Notes: generated by a model from the letters alone, not told the origin. A stretch of 26,135 nt of DNA from Vicugna vicugna (GCA_013265495.1 MU058257.1:1168020-1194154); one strand, 5' to 3'. Counted from the stretch's first letter, positions 12,568 through 23,979 are shown. A program made the numbers and translations.

Positions 12568-13322
12568 TAGTGGGTATTCGTACGGCAGTTTCTCAGCACT
12601 TTTTCCCTCTCCTTAATAGGATTCCAGTTCCTTTCTGCACATCCACTGGACATCGTCTGGAGGGGCCGTGATTAGGAGCCTTACCTACCTTAGCGAGAGG
12701 GTGCATATGTGATTTTTTTTTTTTTGAGGCCCTTAGGATGTACCCTCTTTGAAATTTAAAATTTTAGCTGAGGAACAAAGAAAGTGAAAAGGGTCAGAGC
12801 ACCTCCAACTCCAGCCGCAGTGTCCAGTTCCCGCTACTAAATGATTCCCACAGTTTTGATTTCCTAGTCTCCGAAGCCCTTAGGATAACTACCGTTCCCC
12901 AGCCTGCCTGGCTGCAAGCGTCCGCTGTCTGAGCTCCTGGTATTAATCCAACGACTGTCTTTTTCCTTAAGGAACCAGCCCTGTAAGCAACGCTGGGCCA
13001 GGTTAGCAAAGAACCCAGAAACATCACCAGAGTCCATTTCTCACTCAAGTGCTGTGCTGGCGAGAAGGTCCTGCCCCTCAAAATCACTTAGGACCCCAGC
13101 TGTCAAAGCTTTCACGTTAGTCCACATTCCCATGGCTTTTGGGGCAGGAGTAAGTCAGCCTCTCTGCTTACTTTTCATTTTCATTGGTCAGAGCATGTCA
13201 CATGACCAGGCCAGTCCTTCCGCAAGAAGAGAGGGGGGATCCCTGTGAACAGCCAACTGTTCTCAGTTAATCGGAGACGTTTCCTGTTGCTTAGAACCAA
13301 AGGACCTGTAATGTTTAATAAC
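12568..13322 (+). mobile_element. ERVL-class solo LTR (LTR16/LTR33-like)
   Basis: Ends tttcctgttgcttagaaccaaaggacc..aataac, resembling LTR16/33 termini; 5' part ctcagcactttttccctctcc. Confidence 0.45.
12990..13255 (-). mobile_element. MaLR LTR fragment (MLT1-like) nested in the ERVL LTR
   Basis: ttttcattggtcagagcatgtcacatgaccaggccagtcc resembles the antisense MLT1 motif. Confidence 0.45.
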
Positions 13323-13440
13323 ACGACTTTCCTTTTGGAGTTCTACCTTTGATGCCATGTTTAGAAAGCCCTTCCTAATACCCAAATTATAAAAAATGTT
13401 TCTTGGAATTGTCCCCTAGTTTTCTTTTTTTAGTTTTTAA

Positions 13441-13701
13441 TCCAGAATTCCCAAATTGGTATTATACTTTGAAAATAAAAATAGCTCTACATAATTATGC
13501 CTAACGCTGCACTCTGATGCAGCTTGTGGATTCCCAGTGCACATTACCATCATTCTTAGAGTTTTTGCAGTAAAGAAACCAGTTTAATTCAGTTTAATTT
13601 GGCACTTTCCAAGCTCATGCAGCCATAGAACTAGTTTTTCATGTTAACCCTATTAGCAGCCCACAAGCTAATGGTCTTTTGAACACATTTAGGAAATGCT
13701 G
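13441..13701. mobile_element. hAT-Charlie type MITE
   Basis: Termini cagaattcccaaa ... tttaggaaatgctg form degenerate hAT TIRs; internal gcactttccaagctc..gccatagaac motif. Confidence 0.5.
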
Positions 13702-13879
13702 CTTTCTCTTATTTGGGATTTATGCTGTTACCCAGGAGGCAGAGTTCCACATCCGTAATCCAAAGAGTCGATGAATTATTCTGATGCCAGATGTGAGATA
13801 GATTTTTACCTTATCCAGTCATATATTCTTTATCAGACACCAACTTTATCTAAACTAGGGTTCCTCTCTGAGGCTTATA

Positions 13880-14027
13880 TGTCGCTCCTCCATATCCATG
13901 GATACAGGACCCGAGGCCAGGGGGACCCTGCGGTACTGCACCGTTTCTATGGGGGACTTGAGAACCAGGGACCTGGGGGTCCTGGGGTCCTGGAGGCAGT
14001 CTCCCGTGAATACCCATGGATGACTGA
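13880..14027 (-). mobile_element. TcMar-Tigger MITE (MER2/MER8-like, internally deleted)
   Basis: ggggtcctggaggcagtctcccgtgaatacccatggatgactg is the reverse complement of the MER2-type 5' end. Confidence 0.65.
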
Positions 14028-14044
14028 ATTCTGTTTCAATGAGC

Positions 14045-14135
14045 TTTTTTTAAATGGAGGGACTGGGGATGGAACCCAGACCTCGGGCGGGCTGAGCACA
14101 CGCTCTACAGCTCAGCTCTACCCGCCCCCCCCCAC
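14045..14135 (-). mobile_element. tRNA-Ala-derived SINE (camelid-type)
   Basis: Minus strand gggtagagctgagctgtagagcgtgtgctcagcccgcccgaggtctgggttccatccccagtccctcca plus A-tail; degenerate A and B boxes; weak TSD caatgagc/caatggtc. Confidence 0.85.
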
Positions 14136-14339
14136 CCCCAATGGTCGTTCAGATAGAAGCAACACTTGTTTTAAGTCACCACATCTGTGTTGTGTTTATT
14201 TATCTGTTAGTGCAGGTCCTCGGCTACTCTGTCGTGTTTTCCTTCCTTGTTTCCATTCAGTATTCCACAAAACTAGAGTGCCTGCTCATGCAAGGAACTG
14301 TGACAGGCAAGCGAGTGTGCAGGTGAATCCTACACCAGA

Positions 14340-14975
14340 GTCTGCCCACGGGAGGCTCATATTCTAGCAGGAGATGCGGTCATTAAACAGTTAATGACAC
14401 CAACTATTCATGAGAATGTCCCTACAGTCTATGAAGAAGTGCGGGGCTTTGCAGGTAAACAAGGGGGGAGGTCCTGAAGTCCTGCCTGCAGTCCATGGTG
14501 CGGCGCTGGTTCTCGAAGGGCAGGGGAGACATAACCGGGGGAGGAGGGAGAGGTTCAAGCAGAAGGAACAGGAAAGACCTGGGGCTGCAGACCTACTCGT
14601 GAAGTGCGAGCTAAAGCTGCCGCGCCGGGAGGAGGGCACGGCTCAGGGAAGGGGCCGCGCCATGGCTGGCGAAGTCAGCAGGAGCCGTGTGGGACAGGAC
14701 CCTGTGGCCCCTGGGAGGAGGCAGCTTGTATTTGAACCATAATAAGAAGCAGTGGGAGGATCTGAAGCGGTGTTGTTACAAATCAGATACCTCCCTTATC
14801 ATTATTGTGTAAGAGGAAGTAAAGAATGGAGGCTGCCGTGGGCAGTGGCTGAAAGGGAGGCAAATCCAAGAAATGATAGTCGCCTGGATGGTGGAAGGGA
14901 CGATGGGATGTAGAGAGACGGGAAAAATATTTCGAGGGAAAAATCAAATGGACTTGATAATTTATGGGATTTTCC
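14340..14975 (-). mobile_element. LINE-2 fragment
   Basis: Antisense L2 pattern (tctagcaggagatg.., catggctggcgaag, cagtgggaggatctgaagcgg, gcctggatggtggaaggg). Confidence 0.65.
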
Positions 14976-15574
14976 CAAGTCACTTTGGAATCCAAAACCC
15001 ATTGTGATTCATTTGGAATTGAGTTCAGTCTATGAAGAGGCCCATGGCCAGTTGGTGTTTTGTGCCACGTTTACTCCCTCTAACCAGCAACGAGGCTCAG
15101 CCTCACGTCAGTCACACCCGCCTTACCCTCGGCAGCAATATTTGCTTGTCTTCCTCGTGCAAGTCACAGATACTTCTTGTAAGGCGAGCTTTTAGGAGTT
15201 GTGTTTCCTTATTGCTGTTATGAAGTAGAATCTTTTTTTCCAAAAGTATTTTTTACCTGATGGCCGCTTTGTATGGCGTACGAGAAAGCTTCTGGCTTCG
15301 GTAATTATTTTGTGACTCATTACATTAAAATAGTATTAACTTTTCCATCTAATTTTTTTCCAGTTGATTACCTTGGGGTTTCTGGACATGATGATTACTT
15401 AATTTCTCCTTTCCAGTGGCTACATCTCCCTCTGCCAGGTTCCTTCTCTAACTTACTGCATTGGCAAAGAGTTCGAGAGAGGAAAGCAAATATTCTTGTG
15501 TTACTCCTGCCTTTCAGGGAAAGTACAAAGTGCAGTCCTTTTTAAGGAACGTGCCCTAGGATTCTGACACACGG

Positions 15575-15831
15575 TTGTTACACACGTGAAGGATTTCAAG
15601 GCCAAACGAGGTTGGAACATACCACCTTGAGGAAAGTAAAACTGACTTCTTGATTACACTTGATTTTTGGAAGCTTTTATTTGTTTGTGTTCATTTTGAA
15701 TGCAAAAAAACTGAGCGAGCCCGGGATACGGAATTTCCCAAACTGACTTGAACCTACACACCCCTCTCCTTTTCTCTCCTCTGCTTTTTTAGGTCTCACA
15801 GTTTATGGGACACAAATTTGGAAAATGCTGC
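15575..15831. mobile_element. hAT-Charlie type fragment
   Basis: gaatttcccaaactgacttgaac ... acacaaatttggaaaatgctg terminus, similar to the 13441-13701 element. Confidence 0.45.
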
Positions 15832-17299
15832 CCAAATATTTCACCACTGTTGTTTTTTTCCCTAAATCGCCTTGGTTGTAGGTGAGGACTACCCAGGGTA
15901 ACTGGTTTTCCCAGTGTCAGTCCAGATTCCTGGGATGAGGGCTCTGTTGACCCTCAGCCAAGGCCAGGGGTTCACTTCACCCCCAGGTCTGGGACAGGTC
16001 CTACACTCACGTCCCCTGGGGCCATGCCAAGATTAAGAGGGGACAATTCCCAGTTCTCCAAATTCTGTGAAGTCAGGCCACCAGGCAAAACATCTGTGTG
16101 CTCCCAACGTGGAGAGAGGAGTGTTGTTCAACAGGTGCCTAGAAAAGTCCCCTGTGGATTTCCTGATGCGTCCCTTGTTAGTGCCAAAACATTACACTCA
16201 CTTAAATACTAAGGATTAAGTAATTTACCCTCCATTTTACCCAATGATCGTGGTGCCATTGTCATCTAACCACCTGACCCACGTCCGGGGTATAATAAAT
16301 ATTAGTCTTTTTAGTGAGGCACAATTCCAGTGTTGTTCTGTCCCCACCCAACAGTTTTCCAGTAATTCAACCCACTCCTTTAGAATTAAACAAAAATGCT
16401 CTATCACCCTTCGTGTAACATGGCTTTAAAAAAAAAAACAACTCATATCAAAGCAATCCATTCATGGCACAAAGTATAACACAGCTTGGACGGGTGTGTT
16501 GCGGGAAAACACACCCTCCCCTGCTGCCTGATGAGGAAACCGGCAGGTGCGCTGTGTGGCCAGCGCCGCGGAGCCGCAAGGGGCGCAGCCTGCCCACGAG
16601 GACGCTAAACATCTGTAGCAGAGCTGCCCGGCTCTCCCCGCGGGGCGTGCTCCTGCAGGCTCGCTCAGACGCAGATTGTTTCACATCCAGAAAGCTGCAA
16701 AACGCGAATGCACATATATCCTCTACAAATAACCTAAGACACTGCTCGGGGAAAGATAATTTTTTATTGCCACTCATTCAGTTGCTGTGTTTGCCATATC
16801 TCCAACAAGTGCTTTGGAACGGCGTCATGCCAAATGTACCCACACAAACAGAGGCAACTCAGCTTAAAAAACAAAGTGCTAACAGCCACTGTGCTCTGAC
16901 TGGAGCCACTGGGAGGCTGGGCTGCCATGTGCTGCCTTTTCCACCCAAATGAACTGGGAACATTTCCTCCTGGGGGCCCCCCTCCCACTTCCCCCAACTC
17001 TGCCTTAGGACACACGACAGGAGACTTGAGTGCTCATTTCCCCTGACCCAAGGAGAAAGGACAAAGCGAAATGAGTATGGTCAAATAGAGAGAGCTGTTT
17101 ATTTTTCATCCCTGAGCTACCAAGGCAACATTTTACCTGCTCCAATAAAGATCCACCCAGCCACCAGCCATGGTCAGTAGACAGTTAATTTTCAGGAGGA
17201 CCGTTTGCCCACCTGAGCTGTAGCCCGTGGTGTGGACACTGGGGTCTGCACTCTCGGTGGAAACCCTATCTGGTAGAGCGCAGCCCCGGCCCCCGGGGG

Positions 17300-17430
17300 G
17301 GAAATGGCTGAGATGATGAAAACGCATTTTACAGAAGAAGAAACTGACATGGGAAGTTCCTCTCGCTTTTCCAAGATCCCATAGCTCCTGAGAGTGAGTG
17401 AAGGTAACAGACGCCAAAGCCCGACTGGGC
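17300..17430 (-). mobile_element. MIR fragment
   Basis: cattttacagaagaagaaactga...ccaagatcccatagct antisense MIR core. Confidence 0.6.
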
Positions 17431-18630
17431 CTGCCCCTCCTTTTGCATCCTGGGGACCCCTGGCAGCAACGCTTCCCTTGAGCATAAGAAGATAGTCTGT
17501 TGCAATCACAATACAGGAAGACATTTATCTCATTGAAGATTTAATTTGCAATATTTAGTACTGTTCCGAAGCAGAGTCTGCCTTAAAAAAACAAAACAAA
17601 ACAATAAAACTTTGCTTTCTCCTTGCCTTGAACAAAGCATCAGGGTCTGCTTCCTTGCAGCAGTGCCTTCTAAGTGCCACTCTGTGGAGCACCGCGACAG
17701 CTGGGTGGGGTACTTTCCCCGTGGAGTGGAAGAGAGGATGGTCTCGGTAACCAGGACACCCGTTTGAATGCTCCGTGTAGTATTTGCTCCAAAGGGCAGC
17801 TCGTACGATGGTGCCCTTGCCTGCAGCTCGTGAGTGCGGATCACAAATCATCGCAGGTTCGTGGATGCCCTCAGCCAGCCCGTCCACTGCACATGCTCCA
17901 CATTCGGGCCTCCAATGTCGCCTCCCTGCCCCCTGGCCTCCTGTGAATGCCAGGACCTTTCCTGCACTTCGAGGCACTTCAATTTAGAAGCTGCTCTTCT
18001 GCTGTGAAAGAGAACTCAGGGAGAGATGCTCCAGTCAAGAAAACATGCGGTCTAACTTCCTGGAAGAAAGAATGGAAGGAAAGGGTTCTCAAACAGCTCT
18101 ATTTTTAGAGGAAAAAGGTATTGAACAGGGTAGAGTTGGCTGAATTGTTTTAAAGAATAATTTTAAAAGACGGGTGTCCTGGACCAGGTGTGGTGTTTCT
18201 TGAAACCAGATCATGTTAAAAAAAAAAAAAAAACCTTAAAGAAGGAAATGTGTGTCCACGTGTAATTCCCTTAACATCAGAAGCAACAACGCAGGCGCCC
18301 ACCCCACCACTTCCCTGTCCCCACCGGCTGCCAGCCCCGGCTGTGCAGCCTGGTGGGACGGAGGACATTGTCCACAGGACTCCTCTCCATGGGCAGGACC
18401 CGTCCGTCTCTGACTGAGTCAGGATTTAATCATCTACCCAAAGCAATGAGCTTTCAAACCCCTCCCGTTACCAAAGTACAGCAATAAAAACACCATCGCT
18501 GTGGGCAAAAATCTAGAAAAGGCTCAGAAAGAGAAACCGCATGACCACGCCAGGAGGGAAGGGGCATTCCCAGGTCACGACCACAGCTGGCTGGGATTGA
18601 AGAGTGCCCGGGAGAAGCAGAGACCCCAGG

Positions 18631-19101
18631 TGTCACCCAGCAGGACCCTGTGGGGCCGTCCAGGGGCAGACCCCACCCCAGGTCCTCTGCTGAGGCTCCT
18701 CTCTGAAGGACCCAGCTCATAGGATCTCAGACCTAGGTCCTGAGTTTCTCAGATGCCAAAAACCACCACCAAAGGGAAGGCATTAACTGCTTGATGATGG
18801 AGAGCACGTGGCCCCAGACCTTCTGGCGCCTGGGGGTTGACAGTTCTGACCACCCTGTTCCCTCCATGCCAACCCATCAGAGAACTGTGCACAGGTGATC
18901 ACCTACCCTGCGACCAACCCCACACCCAGCCCGGCCTTTAATGTGCTTTGCTGAAACCCTTCGGGGAGTTTGGGTTTTCTTGGGCATGAGCCACCCTGTT
19001 CTCCTTGCCCAGCCCCCCAGTAAACCTTCCCCTGCTCTAACCTCTGATGTTTCAGTTTGGCTTCACTGAGCATCAGGCACAGGAACTTGCCTTCGGTAAT
19101 G
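18631..19101 (+). repeat. 5' LTR
   Basis: Starts TGTCACC; colinear with 24139-24612 (ggaccctgtggggccgtccaggg, aaccaccaccaaagggaag, gctttgctgaaaccct, gaacttgccttc); polyA variant AGTAAA; terminal CA reads TG. Confidence 0.92.
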
Positions 19102-19103
19102 AT

Positions 19104-19125
19104 TGGCTAAGCCAGTTTAGGAGTC
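19104..19125 (+). promoter_or_regulatory. Degenerate primer-binding site, tRNA-Arg(ACG)-like
   Basis: tggctaagccagtttaggagtc vs the complement of the tRNA-Arg-ACG 3' end TGGCGAGCCAGCCAGGAGTC; starts 2 nt after the LTR. Confidence 0.65.
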
Positions 19126-20033
19126 TGTGCCCGTGGGAGGGCGACCCGGCGGGGGCCGCCCCTTCCTGGGCCCCAGCAGCAGCCGGAGCTCACTCCACTC
19201 CGGGACCCTGGGCGTACTCTCCCCGACAGGCCCGGCCACCCCAGCACGAAGCTCTTTGGAGACAAGAGCCGTCCAGAGCTGCGTCCACACTCGGCGTCGC
19301 TGTGGGTAAGTGGCTCCAGCTCACGCGGGCTGGGAATCCTCTGCCTCCATCTGGGCTCGTTCTCTGAGGGGTCAGCTGCTCTGGGTCTGTTCTCTGGGCC
19401 CGTCTGTCTGGAGGCCTCTGCCTGGGAGCGGAGGGGGGAGTCAGGCGCCACCTCCTCTGGTTGTCTGTCTGTGCGACGGCAGCTTGTTTGTTGTTTGTGT
19501 TGTGTGCATCACTGTGGGGTGAGCCGCTCCAGCTTGTGCAGGATGGAGGATTTTACCCGCCCCACCTGGGCTTGTTCCCACCCGGAAAGCGAGTTATTCT
19601 GGCCTCACTGGGAGCCACTCTGGGTCCGTTCTCTTTCGGGAGCCAGGCCACGCTGCAGGCCTCCGTCTGGGACTGGAAGTGGAAGCTTGGGGCTCCACCC
19701 CGTCTAATGTTCTGTTTGTGGGACCGTGTTTGGTGGTGGGGGGGGTGTGCATCAGCACTTGCACCGGCGGCTGAGACGCCTGTAGTTGGCAGAGCGGTGG
19801 GCGGGACTTCTGCATTCTAGCCTCGGTCCTTCATTCAGCTTCATCTCTGATGGGGCACTGGTTGGGGTTTCTCCCCTTATGGGCTGACGGGGCTTTGGTT
19901 AGGCACCTCTCTTCTGGGGCTGGGGAACTGTGACCCTGAGAGACCCTTCTGAATTGTCGTTTGGTTACTGTTTGATGGCATCGGCTGTGAATAATTGCGG
20001 ACGATCAGAGCTGTGTTCCGTCTTACATGTAAT

Positions 20034-20160
20034 CCTCCTCAGTGTATTTTGCAAAACGGGGAGTTTTTCCACTTTGCTCCCATAAATGAAAGAAGATATT
20101 TTTACTGTGACACTGTGTGACCTCTGTGCTCCCTGAGATCTGGAGACCAGTGGCCCTCAT
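20034..20160 (+). pseudogene. gag: gag matrix (MA) remnant
   Basis: Translates PPQCILQNGEFFHFAPINERRYFYCDTV*PLCSLRSGDQWP, matching the class I MA pattern PL.CIL..W..F.....FC..AWP.Y.L..G..WP. Confidence 0.75.
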
Positions 20161-20306
20161 GGCCCTGCTGTTATTTCAAAGTGGGGCTTTCACAATTTGG
20201 CTTTTATCTTGGTGGGAGGGTGGGTGAGCGTCTCGGCACCTGAGTCCAAATCCTGTTCTCGCTTCCTAGTTTTGCTGTAAGGGAGGCGTCTGAATGTGAG
20301 TGAATG

Positions 20307-20332
20307 ATATATATATATATATATATATATAT
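20307..20332. repeat. (AT)13 microsatellite
   Basis: Direct reading of the sequence. Confidence 0.95.
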
Positions 20333-21288
20333 GTATAAAATTGTCTATTGCTGTTATTTCTTTAAGCTGAAGTGGCTATTTGGGAACTGGGGGAAAAAAT
20401 CCCTGAAAGTAGCCAAGATGATTGGGTTTTGTATAAACCTTTAGCGGAGGAGATTGCACTTTTCTTCCTGTGCCTTTGAGTTGTAAATGAGCTACCTGGG
20501 CTCTCAAGGAGAAAAGTTTTTTAAAACTCAAGCAGAAAACTGTGAGACCTCTGGTTCTGTCTTTAGGTAAAAATTAACATGTAAAAGAGCTGTATTTTAA
20601 TTGACTTAAAAGTAAGTACTTACAAGTTAAATACTTCTAAGGGAAACTAGACAACAAATCTCAGGCTCACGTGATCTAGGAAATATGCAACGTGAAATTG
20701 ATATCTGATATTAAAGCTAGCTTAAGCTTGTTGCTGTAATCCACACAGACATGTCTTTTATTGTACCTGGGTTTACTGAGGGTCAGTAAGTTCATGTTTC
20801 TGTTGCAGAGTTTGTCAGGAAGAAAAAAATTCAATTAACTTGGTATAACAAAATTCTTACAAGTAAATTAAATGAGAGTTTTTGGGTAAACGCATTGGAA
20901 ATAACTCTGTTTTAGGAATGTCTCCTTAAAAATAATCTCTCCAGCTACTTGGTAACTTGAAAGTTCAGAGCTGTGCTAACTGGAGTTAAAAGATGGAAGC
21001 ATGTTGAATAGCTGGGTCATTCCCACACAAAAAAAGATCCTGAAACAGTATTTACTGAATGTCAGCTTCCCTTTACAGAGGAACTAAAGGTGTTTAGGAC
21101 TGTTATTAAATCTGGTGTCACACTGAGGTATTTCCTATGAAAAGCACATGTTTTCTAGAAGTTATTGTTGGTGTGTCTGTTTGCCGGACTGCAGCATGCT
21201 CGTGTGAAAGACAGCTCATGTCTGCTTACTTCTTTGTTTTGATTAGAAATTAAAGTTTGTAAGAGTTGAGAATTCTAATTTATATATG

Positions 21289-21761
21289 TGTTGACTGAAA
21301 TAAATACACAGACTAAAATTTGAGAGTTACGTTCTATTTGGCGGGAGGACGTGAGCCAGGATGACAGCCCCTCTGATCGCTCTGAGGGACTGCTCTGAAG
21401 AGGTAGGGGAGGAGCTGGGATATATAGGAGCTTTACAACAGAGACCAGGTAGCTGGAACAATGAAGGATTACTTGTTATCTAAAGAAAACCAGGCATCTC
21501 AAGTTCAAGAATGTAGTGCTTTTCTATGTATGGGAGGAAGCAAACATTCGGGCTCACTGAATTCATTCCTTTGACAAGCATTTAGCTATCTAGGGCCAGT
21601 ATTTTGTCCTTTATTTATTCTGATTCCGCTCAGAGGGCACCACTGTGAGTGGCTGCAGGAGCCGGGCTGCAGGCTTGTCTTCACTGGGAGGGGGGCAGCC
21701 GCTGATGACTTGGTTTCAGCATTCTCTGTTTGCTGATATGGTGTCAGTATTTTTGTTCACA
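21289..21761 (-). mobile_element. Nested solo ERV1 LTR from a different family, antisense to the host provirus
   Basis: TG...CA ends, perfect TSD tatg (21285-21288 and 21762-21765), 473 bp; minus-strand TATA cctatatatccc (~21417-21428) and degenerate polyA aatagaa. Confidence 0.88.
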
Positions 21762-23548
21762 TATGTTGTTAAAGCTACTAAAAATACTAAAGGAAACATT
21801 TCAGTATACAGCGGGAAAGAAGGTTATATGTTTTGAGTATAAAAAAAAATTTTGTCCTAAAGTTGGTTGTGTCTAGATGGGAAATAGTAAAGGACAAACT
21901 AATATGGGTACAGAAAGTTGCGGGACGTCTGTGGGGAGGTAGCCCTAAGAAAGGGGTCTTGTGCACGGTCGGGCTGAGATTAGATTACAATAAAGTAGGT
22001 AAATAGATTTCGTTAGTAAAATCCTGGTGCAGGACTAGATCGGATAACAGACGCTTGTGATAACAGATTGTGTGAACCTTTTTGATGTGGTTGACAAACT
22101 TCCTATCAAATTCTAATCAAAGTGCCTTTGACTTCAGCTAACTGGGATGTTTCAGAGGACCCCTGAGTCATCTCAGAGGAAAATATTAAACTGACTCTGG
22201 TTGGCTGGGTTGTTAAATTACACAGCGTTGTCAAATGAGTGAGAAGCCTCTTCTGACTGTATGGTACAGATAAATGTCGTTAATATAGACTTTCTGGAAA
22301 TTACAAGGGTTCTGAAATTTAGACACGCCCTGGCAGAATGCGATCTGTCATAATTCTAGTTGTTCTAGGCATAATTCTAGTTCTGGTCTGGCTATCTTAA
22401 AATGCTGTCTGCCACAGCAGTGTGAGAAGGTTCCTTGTCAGAAACGTTGTAAGCAGATCTTTAACCTTGCCTTTTTAAGTCTTCTGCCATTCGCACAGTT
22501 AAGCTGACGCTTTGTATAACTGCCTCATCTTCAGTAAGATTCGTACAAAGGACTCTCTGACAAGTACACAATTCTTTTAAATCATACTGCCGAGCTGGAT
22601 AGGATGTTTAAAAGGTCTAATGGAAACTCTGATTTTGTAAAACTGTTAGTAAAAAGGATTAATTACATAGGACTGAGTAAACTGCTGGGTGTGGTTATAC
22701 TTTTTTGGTTTTGTCTGGACTATGACTGGCTTTTAATCTGCATTTTTGCATTGAGTTGTTTATCAGATGTTTGTCTCCCTGTCATCATTGAAAGTTATTG
22801 TTTTACTTCCAACCACACTGTTGCCCCCAGTGTTTAGGACAGAAGAGCTCTCCGATGGAGTCGTCACAGAGCGTAACTACTCATGATGTGCGACAACGCT
22901 TGCTCTAAGTCTCTTGCTAAAAGCACATGCCTGATGCTTGTGTCACAACTGTGTGTAGGTGATAAAGTGCATGGCCTACGAAGTGTCTCCTCATTAGCAC
23001 AACTCTGAGCCTGTTCACCACAGCTGAAAAGCTTCCCCCAACGTGGAAAATGAGGCAAATGTAAATAAAGGAGGCCTGGCACCGAGGGCCATGATCGGAA
23101 CCTGGGGCAGCAGCCACCACCCCAGCATCGAGGGACGAATATTTTGATCATCAATGCTTTATGCTGAAAGATTTGAAATCAAAAGGGGAAATGGTGGGAA
23201 AACCTGCACATACTGAGGTACCGGCTTATACACAGTTCAACTTCAACTTTCCTGACCAGAGCAGCCTGTTTTATGGCCTTTTGGTCATGCATCGTCCATC
23301 TGCTTTGGTCTTGAGGAGGGGAATGCATTTGAAAGTCAAAGGGAGCAGCTGTGGCTCAGACATCCAGGGTAAACCTGGGTGGCCGTGGTGGACATGATTT
23401 CAGGCACATATGTGTATTGTTGAGAACTCGAATTTTCTGAGCTGCGTCATACTTGGGGTGACACCAGCCCTTCTCAGAGCAAGGTCTGCTGGCAGAGGGC
23501 AGCTGCAACCTTATGACCTCAGGGTCTCCTCTTGTAACTACTAAATTT

Positions 23549-23979
23549 TTAGACAATAAAATCATTTTAGATTAGATGTTAGTAGGAAAAAGGAGATGTG
23601 TAATGGCCAATAGCTCCTGTTAACACCACCTCAGAAGTTAAAACCTCAGATAAAAGCAGACAGCTGGCTGCCTGGCTGCAAGTCTCCCCTGAAGTGCCAG
23701 GTCCAGGCTGGTTTCAGGCATAGTCTCCTGAATTCCTTTGGAAGTGGGGAGTGAGATCTATTTTACCTATTAAAGTTCTGGTTGTCACTCCAGCTACTTC
23801 TAGTTGGGTCTGTTGACACCAAAAGTGGAGACTGAAGGACTGGGGTCTTAACCCGACAGGACTTGGATCCAGGACTTGAAACAGGGAATATTTTCAGGTT
23901 GGTGTCCATCCCCAAACTGAGAAAGGACTGCACCCCATTTCAGCAGGAAGTAGCCGGAGCGGTCATCGCCCCATTCCCT
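23549..23979 (+). pseudogene. env: env TM remnant (immunosuppressive domain, CX6CC region, cytoplasmic tail)
   Basis: LDNKIILD*MLVGKRRCVMANSSC, then after a frameshift NTTSEVKTSDKSRQLAAWLQVS; tail PFQQEVAGAVIAPFP at 23935-23979, typical of class I env. Confidence 0.78.

Larger units (their letters stand above)
11630..15570 (-). mobile_element. Ancient L1M (L1MC/ME-like) split by multiple later insertions
   Basis: Colinear antisense L1 blocks at ~11630-12565, 13325-13440, 13705-13875, 14140-14260 and 15000-15570 (e.g. tctctatcattggacattcatgttatttcaaatttttcattattgtaaatgatgctg). Confidence 0.65.

Noticed and set aside
14050..14130. Functional tRNA-Ala gene
   Set aside because: A/B boxes and anticodon arm are degenerate and there is an A-tail, so it is a SINE copy.
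13771..14367. Longest ORF (198 aa)
   Set aside because: It runs across L1, Tigger and SINE fragments, so it is a chance read-through.
15730..15739. Canonical NF-kB site (ggaatttccc), plus STAT-like sites at ~13400 and ~25957
   Set aside because: Isolated motifs inside old repeats, expected by chance.
16520..16547. ctgatgag-gaaac hammerhead-like core inside a 7-bp stem
   Set aside because: There is no stem II between CUGAUGA and GAAA and no correctly paired NUH cleavage site, so it cannot form the three-way junction.
16448..17987. Clusters of overlapping 60-160 aa ORFs
   Set aside because: GC-rich, stop-poor DNA on both strands; no known domain or consistent exon structure.
22604..22837. 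Hydrophobic 77-aa ORF as an ERV accessory or membrane protein
   Set aside because: Hydrophobicity is explained by T-rich composition; no motif support.
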